A DNA stretch of 50,867 nucleotides, from IMG/VR virus record IMGVR_UViG_3300006865_000002, positions 1-50,867 of that record. The stretch is one strand, 5' to 3'. Shown in pieces: positions 34,493 to 44,366 of this stretch (its first letter is position 1; each line of letters opens with the position of its first letter). The stretch is from a virus (taxonomy: Duplodnaviria; Caudoviricetes). A model generated the notes under the pieces. The model was not told the origin of the DNA. It made no database searches and saw only the letters and a list, made by a program, of their open reading frames with translations. Both the position numbers and the translations under genes were made by a program.

Positions 34493-36012
34493 TGCTTTCG
34501 ATCCTTGGTCGCATCTTCGGGCGCAACGGCAACGGTCGACATGAAGCCTTGGCCCACGTACCGGACGATGGGACGCCGACGCCCCCGATTGGTTCGCTTC
34601 TCAACCAGTTCTTCGGGGATTCGAAGATCATGGGAGAAGCGGTCAAGCTGTTGGGCGTCTTCAACCCGCGCCAAGTCGGAACCCGTACCCGTCTCTTGAT
34701 GCGTTGCGACCCGGACGTTGCGTTCGGGCTGGCGATTCTCCGGGCTCCCATCATCAACATGAATTGGAGCGTGGAATCCAACGACCCCGAAATTGCGGCA
34801 TTCGTCAAGGCCGCGCTTCGTCCCGTCTATCGCAAGCTGGCGACGGGGCAAAGCATGGCCCTTCACTTCGGACGCCAGCTTTCCGAAAAGGTTTGGGAAA
34901 CCGGGCCCTTCACGGTCATTGACCAATCCGACGTGACCGGGGAGAAGACGACCAAGACCTACCCGGCGGCGTGGACCTATCACGACTTCAAGTCGATTGA
35001 CCCCCGGTCTTACGTGGTCCTGATCGACAAGGAAAACGACACGTTCGGGGGCGTGAAGCAAAACCTTTCGAAAACGGGCAACATCAACCCCGAGCCCGTG
35101 GGACCGGAAAAGGTCGTCTTGTGGGCCTTCCGCAAGGAAGAAGTTTGGGGCCACTTGGACGGCTTCCCGATTTCGGACCAATGCTATGAACCGTGGTGGG
35201 CCAAAGCCGCTACGAACCTGTTTGCCAACCGATACTTTGAACGGAAGGCCGACCCCGCGTACAAGGCCCTTGCGGATTCCCAAATCCAAGGCGCAAACGG
35301 CGTGAAGATGGACGGCTTCCAATTCATCATGTCGGCCATCTTGGGCTTGAAGGGCGGGGGCGTAATCGCGCTTCCCAACAAGCGTGACCAAATGGGCAAC
35401 CTGTTGTTTGACGTTGCTCCCCTTACCGACGACAAACGCGGGGACATGTTCCAACAGCGTTTGGACGCGCTGTCCCAACAAATCCTTCGGGGCCTTTGGA
35501 TTACGGACAAGGCCGGAACGTCGGACGGGACGGGTTCCCTTGCCATGGCCGAAGTCCACGCCGAAACCATGTCGTCCATGATGCAGGGCATTCTAAACGA
35601 ATGGCTTGACGACGTGGTTAACCCGCAAGTGGTCAACCCGCTGGTCCTGTATAACTTCGGCCCCGAAGCCCTGAAGAACAGCCAAACCCGTTTGGTTTCG
35701 GGCGGGCTGTCGGCCACGACCAAGGAACTTTTCAAAACCCTTCTGGTCCAACTCCTGCAAGCGGAGCAACTGACCGAAGGCGGCGGCGTCGTCACGCTGG
35801 CCGAACGAATCGACGGCGTGAACCTTCTTCAGCAATTGGGCATCGCGCTTCGTAGCCCGGAAGAGTTGGAAGAGATTTCGCGCCAGAAAGCGGCCCGTCG
35901 CCCCGAACTCCCGGGCGCGCCCCCGCGCGAAGACGGCGAGGAACCCAACGACGAAGAGATAGCGGACGAACTGGTTAAGACCGGAGTTATGGAGGGGGAC
36001 GAAGTGGAGTAG
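34492..36012 (+). CDS. Portal protein (Mu gp29/DUF935-like)
   Basis: After the terminase; G..LSEKVW, GSLAMAEVH, PLVLYNFG. Confidence 0.85.
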   Translation: MLSILGRIFGRNGNGRHEALAHVPDDGTPTPPIGSLLNQFFGDSKIMGEAVKLLGVFNPRQVGTRTRLLMRCDPDVAFGLAILRAPIINMNWSVESNDPEIAAFVKAALRPVYRKLATGQSMALHFGRQLSEKVWETGPFTVIDQSDVTGEKTTKTYPAAWTYHDFKSIDPRSYVVLIDKENDTFGGVKQNLSKTGNINPEPVGPEKVVLWAFRKEEVWGHLDGFPISDQCYEPWWAKAATNLFANRYFERKADPAYKALADSQIQGANGVKMDGFQFIMSAILGLKGGGVIALPNKRDQMGNLLFDVAPLTDDKRGDMFQQRLDALSQQILRGLWITDKAGTSDGTGSLAMAEVHAETMSSMMQGILNEWLDDVVNPQVVNPLVLYNFGPEALKNSQTRLVSGGLSATTKELFKTLLVQLLQAEQLTEGGGVVTLAERIDGVNLLQQLGIALRSPEELEEISRQKAARRPELPGAPPREDGEEPNDEEIADELVKTGVMEGDEVE

Positions 36013-36182
36013 GAATCGGCTTAATCCTCCGTCCCTGCATTCGCCCCCGAATTATCAAAGGGTTAAGGCGGAAGGCCGGACGGAGTGTTAAGCGGATTGG
36101 CCGTCCTTCGGCATGGTGCCGGAAAGAGACGGAGTGATTAGGGGCGTAATCCCCAACGATCCGCGAGGAAAGGAAGGCAACC

Positions 36183-36824
36183 ATGGGTCGCGTCAAGTTC
36201 TTGGGTCTTCGCAGCATCGGGGCCATTCGGCTTTCGGCCAACCCGGGCGACGGGGAAACGGCGCGCATCGGCCCCGTTCCGGCGGTCGGCGGCGTGACCG
36301 GAAAGCGTTTCGAGTTCGACAACAACGCGGCGGTCACGGCTGGAAACGTTTCCGTGACCGTCGGCGGTTCGGCGGCGGCCTCGGCCATCGCGCTTCGTGA
36401 CGCTATCAACGCCAACAAGCCGACGCCCGTTGGGGTCACGGCGGAAATCGACCCCGTGGACGCGCAAACCGTCCGGCTGTACGCGGACGCCCCGGGCGCG
36501 GGCGGCAATCTGGAACTGGCGGTCGTCGGCGCGAACCTTGCGGCTTCCGGCGCGGCCATGACCGGGGGCGAGGGTTCCGGCAACCAGACGTTGCACCGTG
36601 GGGAGTACGTCGTTACGGCCTTGGACGTGGCGGCGGGAAACATCATGATTGACACGGGGCTTTCCGGCCCCCGGTTCCCCCAAGTGGACGTGGTGGACGG
36701 CGCGGACGTGCCGAAGTACATCACGTCGAAAACCAAGGTCACGGGCTCCCGAATCCAAATCGACTTCGACGGCGCGACGAACCCGGCGGCGGGCGACCGG
36801 ATTTCGTGGGCGGCCTACGAATAG
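36183..36824 (+). CDS. Virion structural protein (Gly/Ala/Thr-rich)
   Basis: RBS; ALRDAINA and MTGG motifs typical of fibre/decoration domains. Confidence 0.55.
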   Translation: MGRVKFLGLRSIGAIRLSANPGDGETARIGPVPAVGGVTGKRFEFDNNAAVTAGNVSVTVGGSAAASAIALRDAINANKPTPVGVTAEIDPVDAQTVRLYADAPGAGGNLELAVVGANLAASGAAMTGGEGSGNQTLHRGEYVVTALDVAAGNIMIDTGLSGPRFPQVDVVDGADVPKYITSKTKVTGSRIQIDFDGATNPAAGDRISWAAYE

Positions 36825-36904
36825 CTTTGGGTGGCGCGGGGGGCTAACCGCCTAGGCTTGTTAAACCGAAAGCGGTTAGCCCCCTCTTGTGGGGGGCTAT
36901 TCGA

Positions 36905-37366
36905 ATGGGCCTTGACCAATCGCTTGAACGCGCGGTCGAATCGGTCGCGGAGTTGCGGGAAGTCAATATCCCGAACCATCGGGATACGGTCTTCAACCAC
37001 GCCAACAACTTCATGTACCGATTCAACAAGTTTTCGAACGCTTCCGACGACGGGGATACGGTCGTCAAGCCGGATTCGACCCATCCCCTACAGCCGGGAC
37101 GGTGGGAAAAGACCCCGGTTGGTTCCTTCCCGGGAGGGGGCGGCGGAAACTTCATCGAAAACGAGTTCGTGGCGGCTTCCAACGGCCAAACCGTTTTCAA
37201 TCTCACGGCTACGTTTGCCGTGGGCGGCTTGTCCGTCCTGTTCGTCAATGGCGTGGGGTACGCGGAGGGTACGGACTACACGATTGCCGGGACTATCCTT
37301 ACTTGGCTGGACAACGATTTCCCGTTGGAAATCGGGGACGAACTGACCGTGAAATTCCAAATCTGA
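36905..37366 (+). CDS. Virion adaptor/fibre protein
   Basis: DDGDTVVKP..GRW tailspike-type domain plus VNGV..EGTDY domain. Confidence 0.55.
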   Translation: MGLDQSLERAVESVAELREVNIPNHRDTVFNHANNFMYRFNKFSNASDDGDTVVKPDSTHPLQPGRWEKTPVGSFPGGGGGNFIENEFVAASNGQTVFNLTATFAVGGLSVLFVNGVGYAEGTDYTIAGTILTWLDNDFPLEIGDELTVKFQI

Positions 37367-37384
37367 TAGGAAAGGGCAAGCATC

Positions 37385-38614
37385 ATGTCGCAAATCAAGG
37401 GCAAACAACTTGCGGACGCCCCGAACGGCGTTACCGCAGCGAAGATCAACACCGATGCCGTTACGACCCCGAAGATTCAGGATTCGGCGGTCACGACTTC
37501 GAAGTTGGCGAACGGCGTTCTTTCGGCGGACGCGGCGGGCCGTCTCAAAGTCGCGTCCGGTTTCTTCGACGCTTCCACCGTCAACGACAAGTTCGCGGCG
37601 GCGTCCATCGCGCTTTCGAAGCTGGCCGAAGCCGTTATCGAAGCGGACGGCGGAACGCCCTTCACGGCGAATCAGTCCATGGGCGGCTTCAAGCTGACCA
37701 ACGTTGGAACGCCCACGGTCGGCACGGACGCGGCCAACAAGGACTACGTGGACAACGCCGTTGCGGGCCTGTCGTGGAAGGATTCGGTTCGGGTCGCCAC
37801 GACCGCGAACACGGCCCTTTCCGGCCTTCTCACGATTGACGGCATTACGCTGGTCGCCAACGACCGCGTGTTGGTCAAGAACCAAACGGCCCCGGCGGAA
37901 AACGGCATCTATGTTGCCGCGTCCGGCGCGTGGACCCGTGCTACCGACTTCGATTCTCAATCCGAAGTCCTTGGGGGTACGGTCTTCGTGGAAGAGGGGA
38001 CCACGCAAGCGAACACGTCTTGGACCATGACCACGGACGCCCCGATTACGATTGGGACGACCGCGCTTACTTGGGTTCAGTTCGCGGCGTCCCTGTCGTT
38101 GGTCGCGGGCGCGGGCTTGCTTGCCACGGGCAATACGTGGTCGGTCGAACTTGGGGTGAACCCGGGCCTTGAATTCGACGCGGGCGGCGACGGCGGAAGA
38201 CTCCGCGCGCTGGTCGATCCGAACGGCGGTCTTGAACGTGTCGCGGCGGGCCTTGGTGTTCTTCTGAACGGGGATTCGCTTCAGAAGTCCGGCAGCGGTC
38301 TTCGTTCGGTCGTGCCGACGACGGGCAACAAGAACCAAAACCCTTCGGCCACGGCGGGCGACAACGCGACCACGGGCCTTACCATCGCGGCCACTCCGGG
38401 CGGGGATGGTAACGTGCGCGTGTTCGTGAACGGTCAAGCGCAACGCTTGGGGAACGGCGTCAAGACGCTGGATTGCTACTTCAGCGCGGACGGCGGGACC
38501 ACGGCGCGGGCCATTTCCGCCATTGCGTCGGGCGATACGCTGTACTGGAACGGCGTAATTTCCGGCTTCAATCTGGAAACGTCCGACGTGGTGGAAATGG
38601 ACTACGAAGCCTAA
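37385..38614 (+). CDS. Fibre protein
   Basis: AVTT.KI repeats, DAANKDYVD, WKDSVRVATT...DRVLVKNQ...ENGIY...WTRATD. Confidence 0.7.
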   Translation: MSQIKGKQLADAPNGVTAAKINTDAVTTPKIQDSAVTTSKLANGVLSADAAGRLKVASGFFDASTVNDKFAAASIALSKLAEAVIEADGGTPFTANQSMGGFKLTNVGTPTVGTDAANKDYVDNAVAGLSWKDSVRVATTANTALSGLLTIDGITLVANDRVLVKNQTAPAENGIYVAASGAWTRATDFDSQSEVLGGTVFVEEGTTQANTSWTMTTDAPITIGTTALTWVQFAASLSLVAGAGLLATGNTWSVELGVNPGLEFDAGGDGGRLRALVDPNGGLERVAAGLGVLLNGDSLQKSGSGLRSVVPTTGNKNQNPSATAGDNATTGLTIAATPGGDGNVRVFVNGQAQRLGNGVKTLDCYFSADGGTTARAISAIASGDTLYWNGVISGFNLETSDVVEMDYEA

Positions 38615-38624
38615 GACCTTTTCG

Positions 38625-38655
38625 GGGGGCCTAGTCCTAATCGACTAGGCCCCCC
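38625..38655 (+). terminator. GC hairpin after the fibre gene (no U tract)
   Basis: GGGGGCCTAGTC-CTAATC-GACTAGGCCCCC. Confidence 0.45.
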
Positions 38656-38672
38656 ATGACGGGGAAAGCCGA

Positions 38673-39428
38673 ATGGCTAGAGTTAAAGTAAAGCAACTGG
38701 TCCCGGGCGCGGAAGGTCAAGTCCTCAAGACCGTTTCCGGCGTTCCGACGTGGGCCGCTGAAAGCGGAGGGTCGGGCGTTACTGCCGTGGGCTCCCCGTC
38801 TATCACGAAGATGGAACCCATATCGCTTTCGGGTCCGGCCAGCTACGCGGCGGGCGGGTTCGCGGCGACGTTCGGCAACCTAGTTGCCGTTCAGCGGGCG
38901 ATTATCTGCCTAGTCGCCGGGGCGTTCTATCTGTTCAAGGTCACGGCCAAATCGACCAACACCGTTACGATTCGGTGTTTCCGCGCGGTCAACGCCCATA
39001 CCCATGCGTTCACGGGAACTTCCCACGGCCATACGCTGACCATGAACGCGCATACCCATTCGTTGACGATGAACGCGCATACCCATTCGTTGACGATGAA
39101 CTCCCACGGCCATTCTTTCGTTGCCACGGCGGGTTCGGGGACGCTGGCCCTTGGCATGGCTACATCTTCTGTTCATATCCCTACGGGCAACCCCACGCGG
39201 ACGGTTCCGGCGGGGTCGGCTACGGGCGTCCAAAACACTACGGATACCGGGACGGTGGGGAGTACCACGTCAACGGGAACGGTCGGCAACACGACTTCGA
39301 CCGGGACCATTGGAAACACGGTCGCGGGCGGTACGAACGCGAATACCAACGTGGACACGTTGGAGGAAGTGGCGAACGGGACCAACCTTTCCGGGGTGAC
39401 GCTGGAACTTTTGGGCTTCGGAACTTAG
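38673..39428 (+). CDS. Fibre protein with HxH metal-binding needle repeats
   Basis: Five HTH/HGH motifs at 9-aa spacing; 27-bp tandem repeat 39042-39095. Confidence 0.7.
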   Translation: MARVKVKQLVPGAEGQVLKTVSGVPTWAAESGGSGVTAVGSPSITKMEPISLSGPASYAAGGFAATFGNLVAVQRAIICLVAGAFYLFKVTAKSTNTVTIRCFRAVNAHTHAFTGTSHGHTLTMNAHTHSLTMNAHTHSLTMNSHGHSFVATAGSGTLALGMATSSVHIPTGNPTRTVPAGSATGVQNTTDTGTVGSTTSTGTVGNTTSTGTIGNTVAGGTNANTNVDTLEEVANGTNLSGVTLELLGFGT

Positions 39429-39440
39429 GAAGGCGGGAAC

Positions 39441-40160
39441 ATGAGTGAAGAACACAAAGTAGCCGAAAGCCTTACGGAACTCCGTAAGGTTTCGGAACAC
39501 CACAACAACGACCGCGTGTTGATCCGGCCCACGCGGGACATGTACATTTTCGAAGCCGGAAACCTGTCGGCGGACGACGGAAACCTTGTCGTCAAGCCGG
39601 ACAACGTGCTTGTGGCCCAAGCCGGGCGTTGGGTCCGAGAAATCCAAGACCCTTCGGACTTGTCTTTGCCGCTGGCCCGCCACGTTCTTTCCGCCGACCA
39701 GTTGCTTGACGTGGGACCGGCCGATTGGGCCGTTGACGACCCCGCGCCGTTGTCGTCGGATTCCATCGTCCCGGCCCTGCCCGTTCGACGCTTTGACGAC
39801 ACGACCGAGGAAGGCGCGGGCTTCGTCACGTCGGTTCCCGTGGGCGCGGGAAGCGTTCGAATCAGTTTCAAGCATCGCGCCGAGTCCGCGCCCGGCGGGG
39901 CTACGACGGTCGCGCCCAAGGTCTACACGCGGCGGTTGCCCAACAACGCGGCCCCTGCCGCGTGGTCGGCTGGCGTGGCCCTTGCGACCCTACCCGTTCC
40001 GGCCAACGCCGAAATCCAGTACGGAGCCCCGGAGACGTTCACGCTTGCGGCCTTGGGGCTGGTTGCGGGGGAACTCGCCCTTATCGAGTTCACGCGCGTT
40101 GCCGGGGGACTTGTCGGGGACTGGACCGTTTCGGAAGTCCTGTTGGAGTTTCTGAACTAA
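39441..40160 (+). CDS. Virion protein sharing its N-terminal domain with the 36905 ORF
   Basis: ESLTELR...DDGNLVVKPD...GRW. Confidence 0.55.
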   Translation: MSEEHKVAESLTELRKVSEHHNNDRVLIRPTRDMYIFEAGNLSADDGNLVVKPDNVLVAQAGRWVREIQDPSDLSLPLARHVLSADQLLDVGPADWAVDDPAPLSSDSIVPALPVRRFDDTTEEGAGFVTSVPVGAGSVRISFKHRAESAPGGATTVAPKVYTRRLPNNAAPAAWSAGVALATLPVPANAEIQYGAPETFTLAALGLVAGELALIEFTRVAGGLVGDWTVSEVLLEFLN

Positions 40161-40852
40161 TGGCTATCGAGTTCAGCAACAACCCCAACAACGAACGGCT
40201 TGTTTCGGCGGCGACGTTCACGCCGGGGCTTGCCCATTCCGTTTCGCTTTGGCTTCGCTATACGTCGTTGGTAGCCAACATCCGGCGGTTGCTTGGGTCC
40301 GTGACCCAATTCGAGTTCCGGGGCGGCAACGGGGCGGGAACGCAACCCCCGGGCCAGTTGGTCAACGACATGTACAGCTTGTCGGATGGGGCTATGTCGG
40401 TCGCCCTGTTGACGGCGGGGCCGTGGTTCCATGTCGTGTTCACGGGCGAACGATCCGGCGGCAACTCGATTACGGATATCTACATCAACGGAGTCTTGGA
40501 CTCCGGGCCGTTCTCGATTGCCGAATCCATCCCCGGAGCCGCCCTTATGACGCTTGGGAACCGAACCGGGGTCGGCGTGACGGACGGACTTAACGGCTTG
40601 CTTGACGACGTGCGGATATACAACCGCCGTTTGTCGCCCGCCGAAGTCCAATCCATTTTCGCGGCGCGTGGCCGTGATTCCGTGCTTCAAGGGCTGTTGT
40701 CCCGAATCACTTTCAAAGGAGTACCCGGAACGTCCCCGGTCGGGGCGGATTCGGTCAAGGACGTGGGGCCTTCGGGCAACCATTACACCCCCACGGGCTC
40801 CCCCGTCTATCGGGAAAAGTTCATCGGTGGATTGCGTCGGAGGGTCGGCTAA
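40160..40852 (+). CDS. LamG/concanavalin A-like domain protein
   Basis: SVSLW, WFHVVFT, IYING, GLLDDVRIYNRRLSPAEV. Confidence 0.85.
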   Translation: MAIEFSNNPNNERLVSAATFTPGLAHSVSLWLRYTSLVANIRRLLGSVTQFEFRGGNGAGTQPPGQLVNDMYSLSDGAMSVALLTAGPWFHVVFTGERSGGNSITDIYINGVLDSGPFSIAESIPGAALMTLGNRTGVGVTDGLNGLLDDVRIYNRRLSPAEVQSIFAARGRDSVLQGLLSRITFKGVPGTSPVGADSVKDVGPSGNHYTPTGSPVYREKFIGGLRRRVG

Positions 40853-41376
40853 TGGGAAACGTCTTTAACAAGACCACGAAGGAATACCGTACCAGCGTCA
40901 ACACGCCGGACTATCCCGAATCGGATTGGGTCCGCAATCCGGCGGGAGCCGCCGCGCTGGTCGCGGCTGGCGTCCCGTCGTCGGAATGGAAGGAAGACCC
41001 GGCGGGCTCCGTCCGCGAAATGACGGCGGCGGAAAAGGACGCGTCGATTCTCTCTTCCAGAAAAGCGGCCAAGGTCGGAGCCTTGAAGAACGCCGTTACG
41101 GTCTACATCGGCGGGAAGTACGACCAAGGCCAGCAAACGACCGTCGCCGGGCTTTGGGCCGAAGCCCTTTCCAACAACTTGACCAACCGGAAGGCGTTGG
41201 CCCAAGGCATCATGGATTGGGTCAACTCCGTGTTGGCCGAATTCTACAACCGGAAGAACGCCGTTCTTGCGGCGTCCACGGTCGCGGCGGTTGCCGCCGT
41301 CTCCGAGTCCTTCGCGTCGTTCGATGCCACGGCCCCCGGAACCACGGTGGAGGAACTCAAGAACACGGTTGACTAG
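40852..41376 (+). CDS. Hypothetical protein (fibre chaperone-like)
   Basis: Follows the LamG gene; VREMTAAEK...helical C-terminus. Confidence 0.5.
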   Translation: MGNVFNKTTKEYRTSVNTPDYPESDWVRNPAGAAALVAAGVPSSEWKEDPAGSVREMTAAEKDASILSSRKAAKVGALKNAVTVYIGGKYDQGQQTTVAGLWAEALSNNLTNRKALAQGIMDWVNSVLAEFYNRKNAVLAASTVAAVAAVSESFASFDATAPGTTVEELKNTVD

Positions 41377-41378
41377 GC

Positions 41379-41711
41379 ATGTACGAATACCGCGCGTTCG
41401 TCTTGCGGGTCGTGGACGGGGACACTATCGACGTTGAAACCGATTTGGGTTTCTCCGTCGTACTGGCCCAACGTCTTCGGCTGGCCGGGATCAACGCGCC
41501 GGAAGTCAAGGGGGCCGAACGGGAGAAGGGCCTTGAAACCGCCGCGTGGTTGCGGAACCGGATCGAAGGCCGGGAAGTAGTTATCCGCACGATTCAGGAC
41601 AAGCAAGAGAAGTACGGGCGTTACTTGGCCGAAGTGTTCTTGGTCGGCGTGGACGTGTCCTTGAATCAAGAAATGGTCCAATTGGGGTTGGCGAAACTGT
41701 ATGGCGGCTGA
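41379..41711 (+). CDS. Thermonuclease (SNase family)
   Basis: RVVDGDTI, RLAGINAPE, KYGRYLA, LNQEMV..GLA. Confidence 0.9.
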   Translation: MYEYRAFVLRVVDGDTIDVETDLGFSVVLAQRLRLAGINAPEVKGAEREKGLETAAWLRNRIEGREVVIRTIQDKQEKYGRYLAEVFLVGVDVSLNQEMVQLGLAKLYGG

Positions 41712-42792
41712 TAGGGAACTCCGGGGATTCCTGAATCAAGCGAACGTGGTAAGCGCGCTGGACGCGCATTATCAACGCATCCTTGACCGCATCTTGCGCG
41801 AACTCGCGGCGGGCGTGTCGCGTCCCGGGTCGGCGCGGACTGCGGAATTGATCCGCAACATTCGGGATTTGGTCCGGCAGTTGGACCCCAAACGGGATTC
41901 GTTCGTCCGTGACTGGATTCGGAAGAACATCCCGCGCGCCTTCGTGCTTGGGGATCGGGCCGCGACCCGCGACCTTCAACGCCAGCTTGAAGCCGTTTCT
42001 TCGGAGCGGGCGGCGGAAGTCGGGTCCGTTAATCGCACGTTTACCGCCGTCAATCAAACGGCCATGAAAGCGATTACCGCCGCCATGGAGGAGACGCTAG
42101 GCCGGGCGGCGGACGAAATGCGGGCCAACCTTGGGTTGTTCATCCGTCGAACCCAACAAGTTTTGGTTTCGGAGCCGTCAATCCGAAACGTCACGGTTCA
42201 AGGCATCATCCGGGGAAGCACGTTCCGCCAGCGCGCCGACGAAATCGCGGCGGTTTTGCTTGGGAAGAAAATAACGCCCCAAATCCGAAAGGACTTGTCC
42301 GAAATCGGATTCAGGGCCGAACACTTCAACGACTTTGAGCGAATCGCCCGGGGTGAAATGATTACCGCCGGGGCGCGTCGGTTCAACGTCCGCGACTACG
42401 CGAACTTGGTAGCGCGGACCCAAACGCGCGAAGCCCACAAGGTCGGAACGGTCGTGCGGCTCCAAACGAACAACATCAACCACGTTCGGGTTTCGATCCA
42501 CGTTCAAGACCCCGAAGACGCGCCGGACGAATGTACCCCGTTTGCCGGAAAGGTCTTCTACGTGGGGCCGCTGGACGTGGACCCGTTGGGATTCCCGCCC
42601 TTGAAGCGGCTCCCGAACGGCGGTCCCCCGTTCCATCCCAATTGCAAGCACGTACTCCAACCCTACGTGGCCGCGCTGAAGACCCAAGAGACGTTGCAGA
42701 AGGACCGCGCGGAATCCCAAGCCATACCCAAGGTCTTGTTTGGAAAGACCGGAAGCGAAGTTCGGAAGCTGGTCAACGCGGGAGCCGCATAG
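41701..42792 (+). CDS. Minor capsid / head morphogenesis protein
   Basis: YANLVART, C.PFAGK, PPFHPNCKH. Confidence 0.8.
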   Translation: MAADRELRGFLNQANVVSALDAHYQRILDRILRELAAGVSRPGSARTAELIRNIRDLVRQLDPKRDSFVRDWIRKNIPRAFVLGDRAATRDLQRQLEAVSSERAAEVGSVNRTFTAVNQTAMKAITAAMEETLGRAADEMRANLGLFIRRTQQVLVSEPSIRNVTVQGIIRGSTFRQRADEIAAVLLGKKITPQIRKDLSEIGFRAEHFNDFERIARGEMITAGARRFNVRDYANLVARTQTREAHKVGTVVRLQTNNINHVRVSIHVQDPEDAPDECTPFAGKVFYVGPLDVDPLGFPPLKRLPNGGPPFHPNCKHVLQPYVAALKTQETLQKDRAESQAIPKVLFGKTGSEVRKLVNAGAA

Positions 42793-42804
42793 AAAGGAAC
42801 CCAA

Positions 42805-43620
42805 ATGGCTACGGAAAAAAAGCGCGTGGCGTTCTCCCACAAGGGCGAAGCGTTCGCTTCGCAAGGCTTGGGCAAGTTCGCCAAGGACGTTGTACGGATC
42901 GGGCGTTGGGTCCATCCGGCCAACGGACGCGAAGTCGTTTTCGACGCGGCCCGGCTCCAACGTCTCGCGGAGAACACCCAAAAGTATTTGGCGAACGGCA
43001 ACAAAATACCGTTTCCCGATGGGCATTCGCTGAAGGCGAAGGACAACATGGGCTTTTGGCCCGGTCCCTTCATCGTCCATCGGGACGCGCTGGTTGCCGT
43101 GGTGGAGCCGACCGACGACGACGCCAAAAAGGGGATCATGGACGGTTCGATTGACGCCGTATCCGTCTTCATCGAACCCGAAGTCGTGGACCCCAAGGGC
43201 AACAAGTATCCCGAAGTGATTACGCACGTTTGCGCGACCAACTACCCCGTGTTGACGGGCCAAGGCGACTTCCTGAAGCTGTCCCGGGAAGCCGACGAAT
43301 TGGGGCTTGACTTGATGTTTCCCGACGCCGTAGCATCAACGATGCGCCACCCCAAGGGGGATTCTACGGATAACCCCGCATCCGGGGCCGCGCTATCTCA
43401 ACTCGCGGAAGCCGTTTCTTCCTTCAGGAAGACGGCCCCCGCTGTTTCCCTGTCCCGGGAAGAGAAAGTCGCGGTTGCGTTCCTTAGTCTTTCGGCCCAT
43501 GGGAAGCCCGGGGAAACCTTCGATGAATGCGTGTCCATCATCATGAGGAAGAACGGGGTTCCCGAAGAGAACGCCCGGAGAATTTGCGGGGCCTTGAAGC
43601 GAAAGGAGGGGGGAGCCTAA
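42805..43620 (+). CDS. Prohead protease (Mu gpI-like)
   Basis: GRWVHP, DGH, AVSV, HVCATNYPVL; position before scaffold and capsid. Confidence 0.7.
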   Translation: MATEKKRVAFSHKGEAFASQGLGKFAKDVVRIGRWVHPANGREVVFDAARLQRLAENTQKYLANGNKIPFPDGHSLKAKDNMGFWPGPFIVHRDALVAVVEPTDDDAKKGIMDGSIDAVSVFIEPEVVDPKGNKYPEVITHVCATNYPVLTGQGDFLKLSREADELGLDLMFPDAVASTMRHPKGDSTDNPASGAALSQLAEAVSSFRKTAPAVSLSREEKVAVAFLSLSAHGKPGETFDECVSIIMRKNGVPEENARRICGALKRKEGGA

Positions 43621-43670
43621 GCGTAAGGCGGTCCAATCGGTTTCGGATAAAGGTTTTTGGAGGAACGATC

Positions 43671-44291
43671 ATGGATCTTGCACAGTTGGCGGAAGCGTTG
43701 GGGCTTCCGAAGGACGCCAAGGCCGAAGACGTGTACAAGGCGGCGGCGTCGGTCGTGCTGGACGGGAAAAAGGCGAAGGACAGTCTTTCGGCCTTCTCCG
43801 AACAGCTTTCGGGCCACGGTCTGAAGCTGGACCAAGGGAAGTTGGTCAAGGTCGCGGCTTCGAACAACCCGCCCCCGGCGGACGAAACGCCCCGGGAAAA
43901 GGAACTGCGGGAGCGGCTGGCGAAGATCGAGACGGACGGCGCGAAGCAGCGTCTTTCCTTCGCCAAGGCCGAAGCGGAACGGCTGGTCAAGGAAGGCCGC
44001 GTCCCGGCGGCGTTCGCGGAAAAGCTGTCCAAGGTATTCGCGCTGGCGGACGGCGCGGAAGCCTTGGCCCTGTCCGGCGACGGTTCCGCCGTGGTCCGGC
44101 AAGCCGTGGATGTGGCGGGGACGGTCAAGGAACTTCTGGCGTCCATCCCCGGCATCAACGCGCGTGGGCTGTCGCAACTCGCGCCGATGTCGGACGACGT
44201 GAAGAAGAAGTCCGAAGCCCTTTCGAGCAAGGGGCGCGAAGTCGCGGCGCGCGTTCAGGGCCGGAAGCCCGAGCCCGCCGGAAAGGAGTAG
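43671..44291 (+). CDS. Scaffold protein
   Basis: LAEALGLP.DA start, helical, strong RBS. Confidence 0.65.
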   Translation: MDLAQLAEALGLPKDAKAEDVYKAAASVVLDGKKAKDSLSAFSEQLSGHGLKLDQGKLVKVAASNNPPPADETPREKELRERLAKIETDGAKQRLSFAKAEAERLVKEGRVPAAFAEKLSKVFALADGAEALALSGDGSAVVRQAVDVAGTVKELLASIPGINARGLSQLAPMSDDVKKKSEALSSKGREVAARVQGRKPEPAGKE

Positions 44292-44366
44292 TTCCGGCGT
44301 CGTTCTTTGGCGTCATGTAGTACCTGAAGTGGTTTTGGGACCAAAGACATTCGGAGGAATCGAGCA

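Noticed and set aside
37088-38443. Long minus-strand ORFs (also 7250-8239, 10134-11291, 34489-35559, 49863-50837)
   Set aside because: Antisense shadows of well-supported + strand genes in GC-rich DNA; no motifs or RBS
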